Source: Arenicellales bacterium (GTDB lineage: Bacteria > Pseudomonadota > Gammaproteobacteria > Arenicellales > Poriferihabitantaceae). From it: DNA of 64,000 nucleotides. Location of the stretch: the NCBI GenBank assembly GCA_965116335.1, contig OZ220677.1, forward strand, positions 409,629 to 473,628. The letters run 5' to 3'. This document shows positions 9,008 to 19,923 of the stretch, one piece after another (the first letter of the stretch is position 1; each line of letters starts with the position of its first letter). Both the position numbers and the translations under genes were made by a program. The notes below the pieces were generated by a model that was not told the origin of the DNA, did no database searches, and saw nothing but the letters and a program-made list of their open reading frames with translations.

Positions 9008-11620
9008 TCAGTTGTTCTGGTTCCGATCAGCCGTGTTTGCTTCCACCCATTTGAAAGCGGCCTCAATCGCGGGTTCGATATTTTCAATATTGGCCCCACC
9101 TCCCTGCGCCAGGTCGGGACGGCCTCCGCCCTTGCCATCGACAATCGAGGAAATAGTCTGAATCAGCTGGCTGGCCTTGAGTTGTGCGGTCAAATCCTGA
9201 CTGACTCCGGCGATCAATACCACCTTGTCATCATTTGCCGAAGCCACCAGCACGACCCCGCTCTCCAGCCGGTTGCGCCATTGGTCAACAACCATACGCA
9301 TGGATTTCACATCGGCCCCGTCCTGGCGAATAGCAATGACCTTGACCCCATTGATTTCCTTAAGATTTTCCTGATTACCGGCACCAGTAGCCAATTTCGT
9401 CTGCAAGGATTGTATCTGCCTTTGTTGCTGTTTCTGTGTTTCCAGCATCCCGTTGATTCGTTCGACTGCCTGCTCCGGCGAGGTTTTCAGCGAGGCCGTT
9501 AGTTGTTCCAGGAGCGATAATTGATCGTTGATATATTGCTCGGCGGCGCCTGCGGTTACTGCCTCAATTCGCCTGACTCCGGCGGCAATGCCGGTCTCTG
9601 ACAGAATCCTGAACAATCCGATGTCGCCGGTACGCGATACATGAGTACCACCACACAACTCACAGGAAAAATCGCCCATCTGGATGACTCGCACGGAGTC
9701 TTCATACTTTTCGCCAAATAGTGCGACCGCACCCCGGGATTTGGCTTCTTCCAGATTCATGACATCGACCTGAACCGGATAGTTGGATCGGATTTTCGAG
9801 CTTACCAGAGACTCGATCTGCCTTAACTGTTCATCGCTAACCGGCTCAAAATGGGAGAAATCGAATCGTAGCCGGGCAGGTTCGACGAGCGAGCCTTTCT
9901 GCTCGATATGCTGTCCCAGCACGGTTTTCAATGCCGCATGCAGCAGGTGAGTGGCAGAGTGATTGTTCGCGCTGTTGTAACGGGAGTCTGCTTCAACCTG
10001 TGCATTACCCTGGTCACCGACTCTCACTCTGCCGGACACAACCGTACCGAACAATCCAATCACCTGATTAGCCAGATATTGGGTATCTGAAACCGCGAAC
10101 TCGCCCTGATCGAGGAGAACCTGGCCTTTATCCCCGACCTGCCCCCCGCTCTCGGCATAAAACGGCGAACTGGACAGAACCACCACGCCGGCCTGACCCT
10201 GCTGTAATTGCTCAACCGGCTGCCCACCGTCCAGAACGGACACTATTTGTACTGGATTTTCGAGACTCTGATAGCCGGTAAAGGGCGTTTTTTCCATGCC
10301 TTCAACCCGCATCCGGGTACTGTCCACAAATCGGTTTGCAGACCGTGCACGGTTACGTTGCGCTTGCATTTCAACTTCAAACCCCTCGCTGTCGATGGTC
10401 AGACCGCGTTCTCTGGCAATATCCGCTGTCAAATCCGCCGGGAAGCCGTAAGTATCGTACAGTTTGAAAACACTTTCCCCTGCAATCACCGAGCCATCAA
10501 GTCCTGCAATTTCCTGATCGAGGATTTTTAATCCCTGATCCAGTGTTTCATTGAATTTTTCATTCTCCTGCCGCAATGCACGCACGACCTGCTCACGGGC
10601 GGCGACAAGCTCCGGGAATACATCCCCCATTTCCACAATCAACGGCTCAACCAGCCGATGCATGAATGGGGTCTTGCGTCCCAACTGGTAGCCATGCCGG
10701 ATGGCGCGTCGAATAATCCGGCGCAGGACATAGCCGCGACCTTCATTGGAGGGAACCACGCCATCGACAATCAGAAACGAAGTGGAGCGAATATGATCGG
10801 CGATCACGCGCAATGACTGGTTCTCCAGATCCTTGACCTCCAGAATACGGGCAATGGCGTGGATCAGATTTTTGAACAGATCAGTTTCATAGTTACTGTG
10901 TACCCCCTGCAGAACTGTCGCCATTCGCTCCAGCCCCATTCCGGTATCCACCGATGGTTTCGGCAATGGCGTCAGCTGTCCATCCGCGCTGCGGTTAAAC
11001 TGCATGAATACCAGATTCCAGATTTCAACATAGCGGTCTCCGTCCGCTTCGGGAGAGCCCGGCGGGCCGCCCTCGACTGTCGGCCCATGATCATAGAAAA
11101 TCTCCGAACAGGGGCCACAGGGTCCCGTGTCTCCCATTTGCCAGAAGTTGTCCTTTGCTCCGATTCGGGTAATGCGGTTCTTTGGCACGCCGATATGGTT
11201 AAGCCAGATTGCTTCTGATTCGTCATCTTCCTCGAATACTGTTACCCACAATCGCTCAGCAGGCAGGCCGAACTCGACCGTCAGTAATTCCCAGGCGTAG
11301 CGGATCGCATCTTCCTTGAAGTAGTCGCCAAAGCTGAAATTACCGAGCATCTCAAAGAAGGTATGATGTCTCGCTGTATACCCGACATTCTCAAGATCAT
11401 TATGCTTGCCACCTGCCCGGACGCATCGCTGGGAAGTGACCGCCCGCTGGTAATCTCTGGTTTCCTCGCCGAGAAATAAATCCTTGAATTGAACCATCCC
11501 GGAGTTGGTGAACAGCAAGGTCGGGTCATTGCCCGGAATCAGTGGACTGCTGGGCACTTCCTGGTGGCCCTGATTCCTGAAATAGCGGATAAACCTTTGA
11601 CGGATTTCGGTTGTTTTCAT
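9008..11620 (-). CDS. alaS: Alanine--tRNA ligase
   Basis: DPTLLFTNSGMVQFK, HHTFFEMLGNFSFGDYFK, HSATHLLH, ELCGGTH, GGGRPDLAQGGG. Confidence 0.99.
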   Translation of the reverse strand: MKTTEIRQRFIRYFRNQGHQEVPSSPLIPGNDPTLLFTNSGMVQFKDLFLGEETRDYQRAVTSQRCVRAGGKHNDLENVGYTARHHTFFEMLGNFSFGDYFKEDAIRYAWELLTVEFGLPAERLWVTVFEEDDESEAIWLNHIGVPKNRITRIGAKDNFWQMGDTGPCGPCSEIFYDHGPTVEGGPPGSPEADGDRYVEIWNLVFMQFNRSADGQLTPLPKPSVDTGMGLERMATVLQGVHSNYETDLFKNLIHAIARILEVKDLENQSLRVIADHIRSTSFLIVDGVVPSNEGRGYVLRRIIRRAIRHGYQLGRKTPFMHRLVEPLIVEMGDVFPELVAAREQVVRALRQENEKFNETLDQGLKILDQEIAGLDGSVIAGESVFKLYDTYGFPADLTADIARERGLTIDSEGFEVEMQAQRNRARSANRFVDSTRMRVEGMEKTPFTGYQSLENPVQIVSVLDGGQPVEQLQQGQAGVVVLSSSPFYAESGGQVGDKGQVLLDQGEFAVSDTQYLANQVIGLFGTVVSGRVRVGDQGNAQVEADSRYNSANNHSATHLLHAALKTVLGQHIEQKGSLVEPARLRFDFSHFEPVSDEQLRQIESLVSSKIRSNYPVQVDVMNLEEAKSRGAVALFGEKYEDSVRVIQMGDFSCELCGGTHVSRTGDIGLFRILSETGIAAGVRRIEAVTAGAAEQYINDQLSLLEQLTASLKTSPEQAVERINGMLETQKQQQRQIQSLQTKLATGAGNQENLKEINGVKVIAIRQDGADVKSMRMVVDQWRNRLESGVVLVASANDDKVVLIAGVSQDLTAQLKASQLIQTISSIVDGKGGGRPDLAQGGGANIENIEPAIEAAFKWVEANTADRNQNN

Positions 11621-11638
11621 GGTTCAGAATGATTGCCG

Positions 11639-12112
11639 CTATTCTTCATACCGGCCAAAGTGACTGGCCGAAAACCCGCGTTGTTGCAGGAACCGCGCCT
11701 GTTTACTCCATTCCTGCAGACTGCCCGGTGCGGCCTCACCAAACTTTTTCGAGCGCACCCGATTGGCAAGCTCTGTCCAGCGATCCTCGTATTCCAGCAT
11801 CGTGGCAGAAATAATCTCGTCGTCGATGCGGTGTTCCCGGAGTTCATGCAACAACCGGGCCGGTCCTTTACCCCGATTGAATCGCGACCGGCACAACATT
11901 TCAGCGAATCGGGTGTCGCACTGTTGACCACGGCTTTGCAGCTGACCGATAACCTGCTCTACGGCATCGGACGGTCCATGATTGGCCAGCTTTCTGCCCA
12001 ACTCCCAGGCGCTGTGTTCGCGTCTGACCAGACACTTAAGAGCACGCTCAGTCAACGATTTGATCAGCACTTCTCCGGACTGTTCGCTGTTGAAATTGTC
12101 TTTTTCTATCAA
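11639..12112 (-). CDS. recX: Regulatory protein RecX
   Basis: RREHSAWEL, KGPARLLHEL, RFLQQRGF; downstream of recA. Confidence 0.9.
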   Translation of the reverse strand: MIEKDNFNSEQSGEVLIKSLTERALKCLVRREHSAWELGRKLANHGPSDAVEQVIGQLQSRGQQCDTRFAEMLCRSRFNRGKGPARLLHELREHRIDDEIISATMLEYEDRWTELANRVRSKKFGEAAPGSLQEWSKQARFLQQRGFSASHFGRYEE

Positions 12113-12167
12113 TGAACTCTATCTTTATCTTAACAAGATAATCGGGTCGTCAATTCGGCTTCGGGGT

Positions 12168-13181
12168 TTATTCCGATTCATTTTCGGCAGTGCCGATACC
12201 CTTCCGATCCTTCACGATACGCTCGATCTGGTCGGCAACATCCGGGGTTTCCTTCAGGTATGCGCGCACATTATCTCTGCCCTGCCCGATTCGATCCGCG
12301 CCATAACTGTACCAGGCGCCTGACTTTTCAATAGCGCCCACCTCTACGCCCAGATCAATCAACTCGCCATGCTTGGAGATTCCCTCGTTGTAGAGAATGT
12401 CGAATTCAGTCTGTTTGAACGGTGGCGCGACCTTGTTTTTAACTACCTTCACACGAGTCTGGTTGCCCAGCACCTCATCCCCCTTCTTGATCGCTCCGAT
12501 ACGGCGGATATCCAGCCTGACCGAGGCGTAGAACTTCAATGCGTTACCCCCTGTCGTAGTCTCCGGGTTACCGAACATCACGCCGATTTTCATTCGTATC
12601 TGGTTGATGAAAATAACCATCGTGTTGGAACGCTTGATATTGGCGGTCAGCTTACGTAACGCCTGGGACATCAACCGGGCCTGTAGTCCGACATGATGGT
12701 CTCCCATTTCGCCTTCGATTTCAGCCTTGGGGGTCAGGGCGGCTACCGAGTCAACGACGACCACATCAACTGCCGCAGAACGAACCAGCATGTCAGCAAT
12801 TTCCAACGCCTGCTCGCCGGTATCCGGCTGGGAAACCAGCAGATCGTCGATATTGACACCGAGCTTTTCCGCATAACCCGGGTCCAGCGCATGTTCTGCA
12901 TCAATGAAGGCTGCGGTGCCTCCGAGTTTCTGCGCCTGGGCAATGACCGATAAGGTCAGCGTTGTTTTACCGGAGGACTCGGGACCATACACCTCAACGA
13001 TCCTGCCTCTGGGCAGCCCGCCTATCCCCAGAGCGATGTCCAGACCCAGCGAGCCTGTAGAATAAGACTGGATATCCTGGGCGACGTCAGAATCGCCCAG
13101 ACGCATGACGGATCCTTTACCGAACTGTCGATCTATCTGCCCCAGCGCAGCTTCCAACGCCTTGCGTTTGTTGTCATCCAT
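12168..13181 (-). CDS. recA: Recombinase RecA
   Basis: [43 protein letters not shown]. Confidence 0.99.
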   Translation of the reverse strand: MDDNKRKALEAALGQIDRQFGKGSVMRLGDSDVAQDIQSYSTGSLGLDIALGIGGLPRGRIVEVYGPESSGKTTLTLSVIAQAQKLGGTAAFIDAEHALDPGYAEKLGVNIDDLLVSQPDTGEQALEIADMLVRSAAVDVVVVDSVAALTPKAEIEGEMGDHHVGLQARLMSQALRKLTANIKRSNTMVIFINQIRMKIGVMFGNPETTTGGNALKFYASVRLDIRRIGAIKKGDEVLGNQTRVKVVKNKVAPPFKQTEFDILYNEGISKHGELIDLGVEVGAIEKSGAWYSYGADRIGQGRDNVRAYLKETPDVADQIERIVKDRKGIGTAENESE

Positions 13182-13325
13182 TTGAATTTCCTGTAAGGGT
13201 TAAGTGTGGGTTGCTCCGATTGCACGGATGCAGGTAAAAGATCACCATAGAGGATAAAAATCCAGTCCGTGAGCGACCGCGATTATCGTGTAAACCTTAC
13301 ATCAGGTCAAGTTATGTTGCGTTGG

Positions 13326-13829
13326 TCAGGGCCGCCGGAAATCAATCAGTACGGGGTTGGTCAAATCCTCGTCATCAAAGCCAATGACCGCGCAGGCGGC
13401 GGTAGTCATCAGTTTGCCGCTGGCGCTCAGTTCGAGTTGTGGACAGAACCGCATCACAAGCATGTCCATCCCCGGATTGTGACCCACCACCATCAAGGCG
13501 TCGCAGTAACTGAATGCGGTCGCTATCCGGTCTATTAGGAACGATTCCCCGGCATGGTACAGGTCATCTGACACATCGGCCGGAATGTCTTTCCATTCAC
13601 TGCCGTGGCCCTCACTGCCCTGAATTACCAGACTCAATGTCTGTCGGGTTCGCTCGGCGCCGGAGCATAATATATGTTCCGGCCGGTAACCATTTTCGCC
13701 CAGCCATTGGCCGACCCGTGGAGTGTCTCGACAACCGCGGTCATTCAATGGGCGGTCATAGTCAGTGCGGACACGGCCGTACCAGTCGGATTTGGCATGC
13801 CGCAGTAATACAAGTTGTTTGTTCGCCAT
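13326..13829 (-). CDS. sixA: SixA-like histidine phosphatase
   Basis: LLRHAKSDW, DRPLNDRG, VVGHNPG; start taken at MANKQ (13829). Confidence 0.85.
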   Translation of the reverse strand: MANKQLVLLRHAKSDWYGRVRTDYDRPLNDRGCRDTPRVGQWLGENGYRPEHILCSGAERTRQTLSLVIQGSEGHGSEWKDIPADVSDDLYHAGESFLIDRIATAFSYCDALMVVGHNPGMDMLVMRFCPQLELSASGKLMTTAACAVIGFDDEDLTNPVLIDFRRP

Positions 13830-13910
13830 AATGGATTTGCCAACAAAATGGAACTTCGATGGTATATTGTAACTGACCAAATTCCATTCCCGTACATATC
13901 TGGTTTGAAA

Positions 13911-14720
13911 ATGCCCCCGAAAAAACGAACGATTGCCAGCGTCGCTGACCGCTATGAATATTATGAAAAAGCGGTGCAATGCGTGGAACCGGAAATCACG
14001 TTTGTCGAGCAAAGCTTTTTGGCATTACGGGGTCACAATGCGAAAATTTTGCGCGAGGATTTTTGTGGAACCGCCAAAGTCTGCTGTGAGTGGGTTCGCA
14101 GGAATACGAGCAACCGCGCGTTCGGTCTTGATTTGAGTCAGGAGGCACTGGATTGGGCAACCCGGCATAACCTGTCCCGCCTGAACACGCATCAGCGCAA
14201 CCGGATTGAATTGACCCTTGTCGATGTGCTGGACTATTCCGGCCAGAAAGCAGATATGATTCTGGGGATGAATTTCAGTTATCAGGTATTCAGGACTCGC
14301 CAGACTCTCGGCCAATATTTCAAAAAAGCGCGACAGGGGTTGAACGATAATGGCGTGCTGTTCATCGACGCCTACGGGGGGCATGAATCGTGGCGCGAGG
14401 TAAAGGAAAAAACCAGTCATGAGGACTTCAAATACTACTGGCATCAGGCACGATTCGATCCGATAACCGGCCATATACTCTGTCACATACATTTCAAATT
14501 CAAGGATGGCTCGAAAATGAAGAAGGCGTTTACATACAACTGGAGAATGTGGACATTGCCCGAATTACAGGAATTGATGCTGGAAGCGGGTTTCAGTAAG
14601 GTAACGGTTTACTGGGAGGGAACCGATGAGACAACAGGTGAAGGAAACGGAGAATATACTCCCGCCGAACACGGCCAGGACGATCCGTGCTGGATTGTTT
14701 ATCTGGCGGCTGAAAAATAA
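13911..14720 (+). CDS. Class I SAM-dependent methyltransferase
   Basis: LREDFCGTA SAM-binding motif followed by GLDLS; start taken at MPPKKR. Confidence 0.8.
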   Translation: MPPKKRTIASVADRYEYYEKAVQCVEPEITFVEQSFLALRGHNAKILREDFCGTAKVCCEWVRRNTSNRAFGLDLSQEALDWATRHNLSRLNTHQRNRIELTLVDVLDYSGQKADMILGMNFSYQVFRTRQTLGQYFKKARQGLNDNGVLFIDAYGGHESWREVKEKTSHEDFKYYWHQARFDPITGHILCHIHFKFKDGSKMKKAFTYNWRMWTLPELQELMLEAGFSKVTVYWEGTDETTGEGNGEYTPAEHGQDDPCWIVYLAAEK

Positions 14721-14790
14721 ATTTACAATTCGGATTGATCGTGGTAAATCGCGAGACTGTTTTTCAAATTCACGGTAAGGTAATCAGTTT

Positions 14791-15978
14791 ATGAACAGAA
14801 AAAGCATGCAGACTATCGCTGTACACGGTGGCGAGACGCCCGACCCGCAGACCGGGGCGTCGGCTCCCAACATTGTCATGTCCAGCACCTTTGTTGTCGA
14901 AGAGCCGGTCAGTTTCTCGGTAAACAACATGGATGAGAACAGCCCGTTTGTGTACACGCGCTGGTCGAACCCCACTGTGCGTCAACTGGAGATCAAGCTG
15001 GCCCTGCTTGAAGCCGCGGAACAATGTATTGCCTTTGCCTCCGGCATGGCCGCATCGTCCGGGGTTTTATTCAGCCTGTTAAAAAGTGGCGACCATCTGG
15101 TCATCAGTAATACGAATTACCCAGGCACTGCGGAAATCGCCAGAGACCTGTTGCCAGCGAATGGTGTTGAGGCATCACCCGTCGACACGTCTGACCTGGA
15201 CAGCATTGTCGGAGCCATGCGGGAAAACACCCGAATGATCTGGATCGAAACGCCTTCCAATCCCTTGCTTCGGATTACCAATATCAGGCGAGCGGCTGAA
15301 ATTGCTCACGAGAATGGCGCAATTCTGGTTGTTGACTCCACTTTTGCCAGCCCGGTAGCGACACGGCCACTGGAACTGGGCGCGGATCTGGTTGTGCATT
15401 CCCTGACCAAATATATTTCAGGACATGGTGACACGCTGGGCGGGGCAGTGCTGGGCAGTGCTGTGCTGATCACGAAAATGCGCGAGTCCGGGGTCATGCA
15501 CTACGGTGGCGTAATCAGCCCGTTCAACGCATGGCTGACCATGCGCGGTGCTGCCACCCTGCCGTTGCGGATGTGGGAACACCAGAAAAACGCCCTGGCG
15601 ATTGCGGATTTCCTGCACCACCATCCGGGGGTCGAGCTCATGCTGTATCCGGGTCATACATCTCATCCACAGCATGAACTGGCGAGGAAACAGATGGAGA
15701 ATTTCTCCGGCATGATCGCTTTTCGGACCAGACATCCAGAAGCAGTTGCCGGTAGAATGATGCAGCAACTCAAAACCATTCATTACGCAGTCTCTCTGGG
15801 CCATCATCGCAGCCTGATTTTCTTGATGGGCACCGAAGATCTGATCGGTTCCTCTTTCCGGCTGACCGGCGCCGAACTGGAAAAATACCGGGAGCTGGCC
15901 GGAGATGGTTTATTCCGCTTGTCCGTTGGGCTGGAAGACAGCCAGGATTTAATTGACGATCTGGCGCGAGTCCTTTGA
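14791..15978 (+). CDS. Cys/Met metabolism PLP enzyme (cystathionine gamma-synthase / methionine gamma-lyase family)
   Basis: YTRWSNPT, FASGMAA, ETPSNP, HSLTKYISGHGD (PLP lysine), RLSVGLED. Confidence 0.9.
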   Translation: MNRKSMQTIAVHGGETPDPQTGASAPNIVMSSTFVVEEPVSFSVNNMDENSPFVYTRWSNPTVRQLEIKLALLEAAEQCIAFASGMAASSGVLFSLLKSGDHLVISNTNYPGTAEIARDLLPANGVEASPVDTSDLDSIVGAMRENTRMIWIETPSNPLLRITNIRRAAEIAHENGAILVVDSTFASPVATRPLELGADLVVHSLTKYISGHGDTLGGAVLGSAVLITKMRESGVMHYGGVISPFNAWLTMRGAATLPLRMWEHQKNALAIADFLHHHPGVELMLYPGHTSHPQHELARKQMENFSGMIAFRTRHPEAVAGRMMQQLKTIHYAVSLGHHRSLIFLMGTEDLIGSSFRLTGAELEKYRELAGDGLFRLSVGLEDSQDLIDDLARVL

Positions 15979-16101
15979 TGTCCCGATACCAGGCACTCAT
16001 CCGTATAAACAACACAACGTGCAGAAACAATCCTTGTCCGCTCTGACCAGAAAAGCGGCCAACCAGCAAACCACTACTCATGTGTTTTCAAGGAAATTTT
16101 A

Positions 16102-16920
16102 ATGAACCCTTTGATAAATATAGGAATTAAAGCTGCGCGTAATGCCGGAAATATCATCGTCCGCTATATGGATCAGGTGCACCGGCTGGCCGTGGAGAAG
16201 AAAGGGGAAAATGATTTTGTCAGTGAAGTCGATCGGGCGGCGGAGGATGAAATCATTGAGGTCATCCAGCGAGCCTATCCGCATCACCGAATCACCGCAG
16301 AAGAAAGCGGCTCAGAACGTACATCCGCCGAAGCCTGCGCCACCAGCAAGGATGACGTGGAGTGGATTATCGACCCGCTGGACGGCACCACCAATTTCCT
16401 GCACGGTCACCCGGATTACGCGGTATCGATCGGTATCCGCTGCAAGGGCAGGATGGAACATGGCATCATATTCAATCCATTGCGTAACGAACTGTTTACC
16501 GCTTCCCGCGGACAAGGTGCTCAACTCGACAACAGGAGAATCCGGGTCAGTGGCCAGACTCTTCTGGGAAACAGCCTGGTGACAACCGGTTACCCGGCGC
16601 GGGATTTGCCACATTTCGATGTATGGCTCAAATGCATGGATCAAGTGGTCACGAAGTCAGCCGGTATCCGCCATACCGGTTCCACCGCGCTTGATCTGGC
16701 ATACATCGCCTGCGGGCGCACGGATGCTTTTTGGCAACCACGACTCAAAATTTGGGATATAGCCGCCGGAAGCCTGATCGTGCGTGAAGCACGTGGTCTG
16801 GTTGCGGATTTTGAAGGCAATCAGGACTTCCTGGAAAATGGCAACATCGTCTGTGCGAACCCGAAACTATTCAATGAGTTGCTACTCCTGATTAAACCCA
16901 CTCTGGGCGGGGTTTTATAA
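16102..16920 (+). CDS. suhB: Inositol monophosphatase / SuhB
   Basis: [25 protein letters not shown]. Confidence 0.93.
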   Translation: MNPLINIGIKAARNAGNIIVRYMDQVHRLAVEKKGENDFVSEVDRAAEDEIIEVIQRAYPHHRITAEESGSERTSAEACATSKDDVEWIIDPLDGTTNFLHGHPDYAVSIGIRCKGRMEHGIIFNPLRNELFTASRGQGAQLDNRRIRVSGQTLLGNSLVTTGYPARDLPHFDVWLKCMDQVVTKSAGIRHTGSTALDLAYIACGRTDAFWQPRLKIWDIAAGSLIVREARGLVADFEGNQDFLENGNIVCANPKLFNELLLLIKPTLGGVL

Positions 16921-16922
16921 CC

Positions 16923-19502
16923 ATGTCCGGATCGCCCTCGACACATACTCCGATCATGCGTCAGTATCTGAAGATCAAGGCGGATTACCCGGATACCCTG
17001 CTGTTCTATCGGATGGGTGATTTCTACGAACTCTTTTATGACGATGCAGAAAAAGCGGCCAGGCTGCTCGACATCACACTGACCGCCAGAGGAAAATCGG
17101 ACGGCTCCCCCATCCCGATGGCTGGCGTGCCCTGGCACAGTGCCGATCAGTATCTTGCCAGACTGTTAAAGCAACAGGTATCGGTGGCAATCTGTGAGCA
17201 AATCGGTGACCCGGCCACATCAAAAGGCCCGGTGGAACGGAAGGTCGTGCGGGTGGTGACTCCGGGAACCCTGACCGAAGAAACCCTGCTGGCCGACCGG
17301 GTCGAGAACATTACCGCCGCGCTGTTCGAGCATAACGGCAGAATCGGTATCGCTACACTGGAAATTTCCAGCGGACGATTCAAGGGTTATGAAGTCGAGT
17401 CCCGTGAACAGTTGTACAGCGAGCTGATGCGCTTCAAGGCTGCAGAAACCCTGGTCGGGGAGAATCAGAAGAGCCGGTTCAATATCGACAGTGAAACCAC
17501 GATACCGGACTGGTATTTCGATTCTGCCCGCGCCGAACAAATTTTATGCGATCTTTTCTCGACCCGAACCCTGGAGTCTTTCGACTGCCACCGGAATCCG
17601 CTGGCAACCCGCTCCGCCGGTGCCCTGATCCATTACGTCAGGGACCTGCATGAACAGGCGATACCCCATATTCGGGGAATCGAATTTGAGAACCCGGACA
17701 GCACGATTGTGATTGACACAGTCACCCGGAATAATCTTGAAATAGAAAAATCCCAAAGCGTGCAAAGCTCTCTTTCTCTGGTTGCCTTGTTTGATCGATG
17801 CGCTACCCCTATGGGCAGCCGGATGCTGCGGCGCTGGTTCAATGGTCCAACGAGGGATATTGATGCGCTCCGCAAACGGCATGACGGAGTTGAATGGTTG
17901 CTGGACAACCAGCGTTACACCGACCTGAAACCGATTCTGAAAGAGATAGGTGACATGGAGCGGATTCTGGCCCGGATAGCCATGAAATCGGCGCGACCCA
18001 GAGACCTGGTTCGTTTGAAAATTGCATTGGGAGTATTGCCAGCACTCAACAAACTGATCGACGATACCCCGTCGGCGCTGATTGCTTCCCTGATCAAGGG
18101 GTTGCGACCCAGGCCGAAGATCTGGAAGTTGCTGGATGACGCGATAAAGGATGAATGTCCTGCCCTGATACGTGATGGCGGCGTGTTGCGGGATGATTAC
18201 GATACGGAACTCAGTCAATTACGCCACCTGCAACGGGATTCGAGTGAATTCCTGATTGATCTTGAGAGACGCGAGAAAAAACGCACTGGAATCGGCAATC
18301 TGAGAGTCCGTTACAACCGGGTACATGGCTATTACATTGAAATCCCCCGCTCACAATCCGGACAGGCACCACCGGAATATATACGCAGACAGACCATTAA
18401 AAATGCGGAAAGATTTATCACCACGGAACTGAAGGAGTTTGAAGACCGGATTCTGGGCGCAAAGAGCAAGGCACTGACCAGAGAGAAATGGTTGTATGAA
18501 CAGCTACTTGAGAGCCTGATTCCAGAAGCACCGGAATTGCTGCAATGCGCCAACAATCTGGCGGTCATGGATTGCCTCGGCAATTTTTCCGAACGCGCCG
18601 CTGCACTGCAACTGACTCGTCCAGAACTGGTGGACTATGCTTCACTCTCGATAAGGGACGGGCGCCACCCGGTTATCGAGCAGGTGCTGGAGAGCCGGTT
18701 CATCTCCAATTCCATTGAACTGGATGATCAATCCCGGATGCAGATCATCACCGGCCCGAATATGGGAGGCAAGAGTACGTATATGCGTCAGGTGGCGATC
18801 ATTACATTGCTTGCCCACACCGGCTGTTTCGTCCCCGCCGAAGCGGCCCGGATCGGGCCGATTGACCGCATCTACACCCGCATCGGTTCAGCCGATGACC
18901 TGGCCGGAGGACGCTCGACCTTTATGGTGGAAATGACTGAAATGGCGCATATTTTAAGGAACGCAACCGGCAACAGCCTGGTTCTGGTGGATGAAATAGG
19001 TCGCGGAACCAGTACCTGGGATGGCTTGTCCCTGGCCTGGGCATGCGCCCGTTATCTGGCCAATCGGGTGTATTCATTCACCCTGTTTTCGACTCACTAT
19101 TTCGAGTTGACCGCATTAGCCGATCAGCTGACGGGAGTGGAAAATGTGCATCTGGACGCGGTTGAATACGGTCAGGACATTGTTTTCCTGTACAGCGTAA
19201 AACAAGGGCCGGCCAGTCAGAGTTATGGCCTGCAAGTCGCCAGACTGGCCGGGATTCCCGACCAGGTGATCGAAGAATCCCGCAGCCGGATGCGTGCGCT
19301 CGAAGCACGTTACGCGCACTCGGCATCACAACCGGACAACCCGGACTCTGCCCGACAAACTCGCCCATTGCCACAAAGCGACTCCGGGGAGCAGACGGTG
19401 ATTACCCGGTTACGGGAGTTCTCAGCCGATCAGACTTCTCCGTTAGAAGCATTGAATATGTTGTATGAATTGAGCGGATTGCTGGAAAAAAAAGGCGGAT
19501 AG
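16923..19502 (+). CDS. mutS: DNA mismatch repair protein MutS
   Basis: [52 protein letters not shown]. Confidence 0.99.
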   Translation: MSGSPSTHTPIMRQYLKIKADYPDTLLFYRMGDFYELFYDDAEKAARLLDITLTARGKSDGSPIPMAGVPWHSADQYLARLLKQQVSVAICEQIGDPATSKGPVERKVVRVVTPGTLTEETLLADRVENITAALFEHNGRIGIATLEISSGRFKGYEVESREQLYSELMRFKAAETLVGENQKSRFNIDSETTIPDWYFDSARAEQILCDLFSTRTLESFDCHRNPLATRSAGALIHYVRDLHEQAIPHIRGIEFENPDSTIVIDTVTRNNLEIEKSQSVQSSLSLVALFDRCATPMGSRMLRRWFNGPTRDIDALRKRHDGVEWLLDNQRYTDLKPILKEIGDMERILARIAMKSARPRDLVRLKIALGVLPALNKLIDDTPSALIASLIKGLRPRPKIWKLLDDAIKDECPALIRDGGVLRDDYDTELSQLRHLQRDSSEFLIDLERREKKRTGIGNLRVRYNRVHGYYIEIPRSQSGQAPPEYIRRQTIKNAERFITTELKEFEDRILGAKSKALTREKWLYEQLLESLIPEAPELLQCANNLAVMDCLGNFSERAAALQLTRPELVDYASLSIRDGRHPVIEQVLESRFISNSIELDDQSRMQIITGPNMGGKSTYMRQVAIITLLAHTGCFVPAEAARIGPIDRIYTRIGSADDLAGGRSTFMVEMTEMAHILRNATGNSLVLVDEIGRGTSTWDGLSLAWACARYLANRVYSFTLFSTHYFELTALADQLTGVENVHLDAVEYGQDIVFLYSVKQGPASQSYGLQVARLAGIPDQVIEESRSRMRALEARYAHSASQPDNPDSARQTRPLPQSDSGEQTVITRLREFSADQTSPLEALNMLYELSGLLEKKGG

Positions 19503-19590
19503 CGAGGTTTTATGGCTGTTATTCAGTCGCCGGAAAACTTACAATATCACCTGGAATCAATCTTACCCATTGCTTGTGGAGCCTGGACAA

Positions 19591-19914
19591 ATGACCTATG
19601 TGGTAGTCGAATCCTGTATTCGTTGCAAACTGACAGACTGTGTTGAAGTATGCCCTGTGGACTGTTTTCATGAAGGTCCGAATTTTCTGGTGATTGACCC
19701 TGAAGAATGTATCGACTGTAGCCTGTGTGAACCGGAATGCCCGGTCAACGCGATTTACTCAGAAGATGAGTTGCCGGATGATCAGCAACATTTTCTGGAT
19801 TTGAATACCGAATTAAGCCAGATATGGCCGGTCATCACAGAAATGAAGCCAGCCCTCCCCGACTCGGATGAATGGCGGGATGTAAAGGACAAACTGAAGT
19901 ATCTCGAAAGGTAG
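19591..19914 (+). CDS. fdxA: 7Fe ferredoxin (FdxA type)
   Basis: [18 protein letters not shown] and [12 protein letters not shown]. Confidence 0.95.
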   Translation: MTYVVVESCIRCKLTDCVEVCPVDCFHEGPNFLVIDPEECIDCSLCEPECPVNAIYSEDELPDDQQHFLDLNTELSQIWPVITEMKPALPDSDEWRDVKDKLKYLER

Positions 19915-19923
19915 GGGTTCACT

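Noticed and set aside
13250-13265. Possible LexA box upstream of recA (GAGGATAAAAATCCAG)
   Set aside because: Only one half-site matches CTG-N10-CAG, and no clear box was seen at uvrA or ssb.
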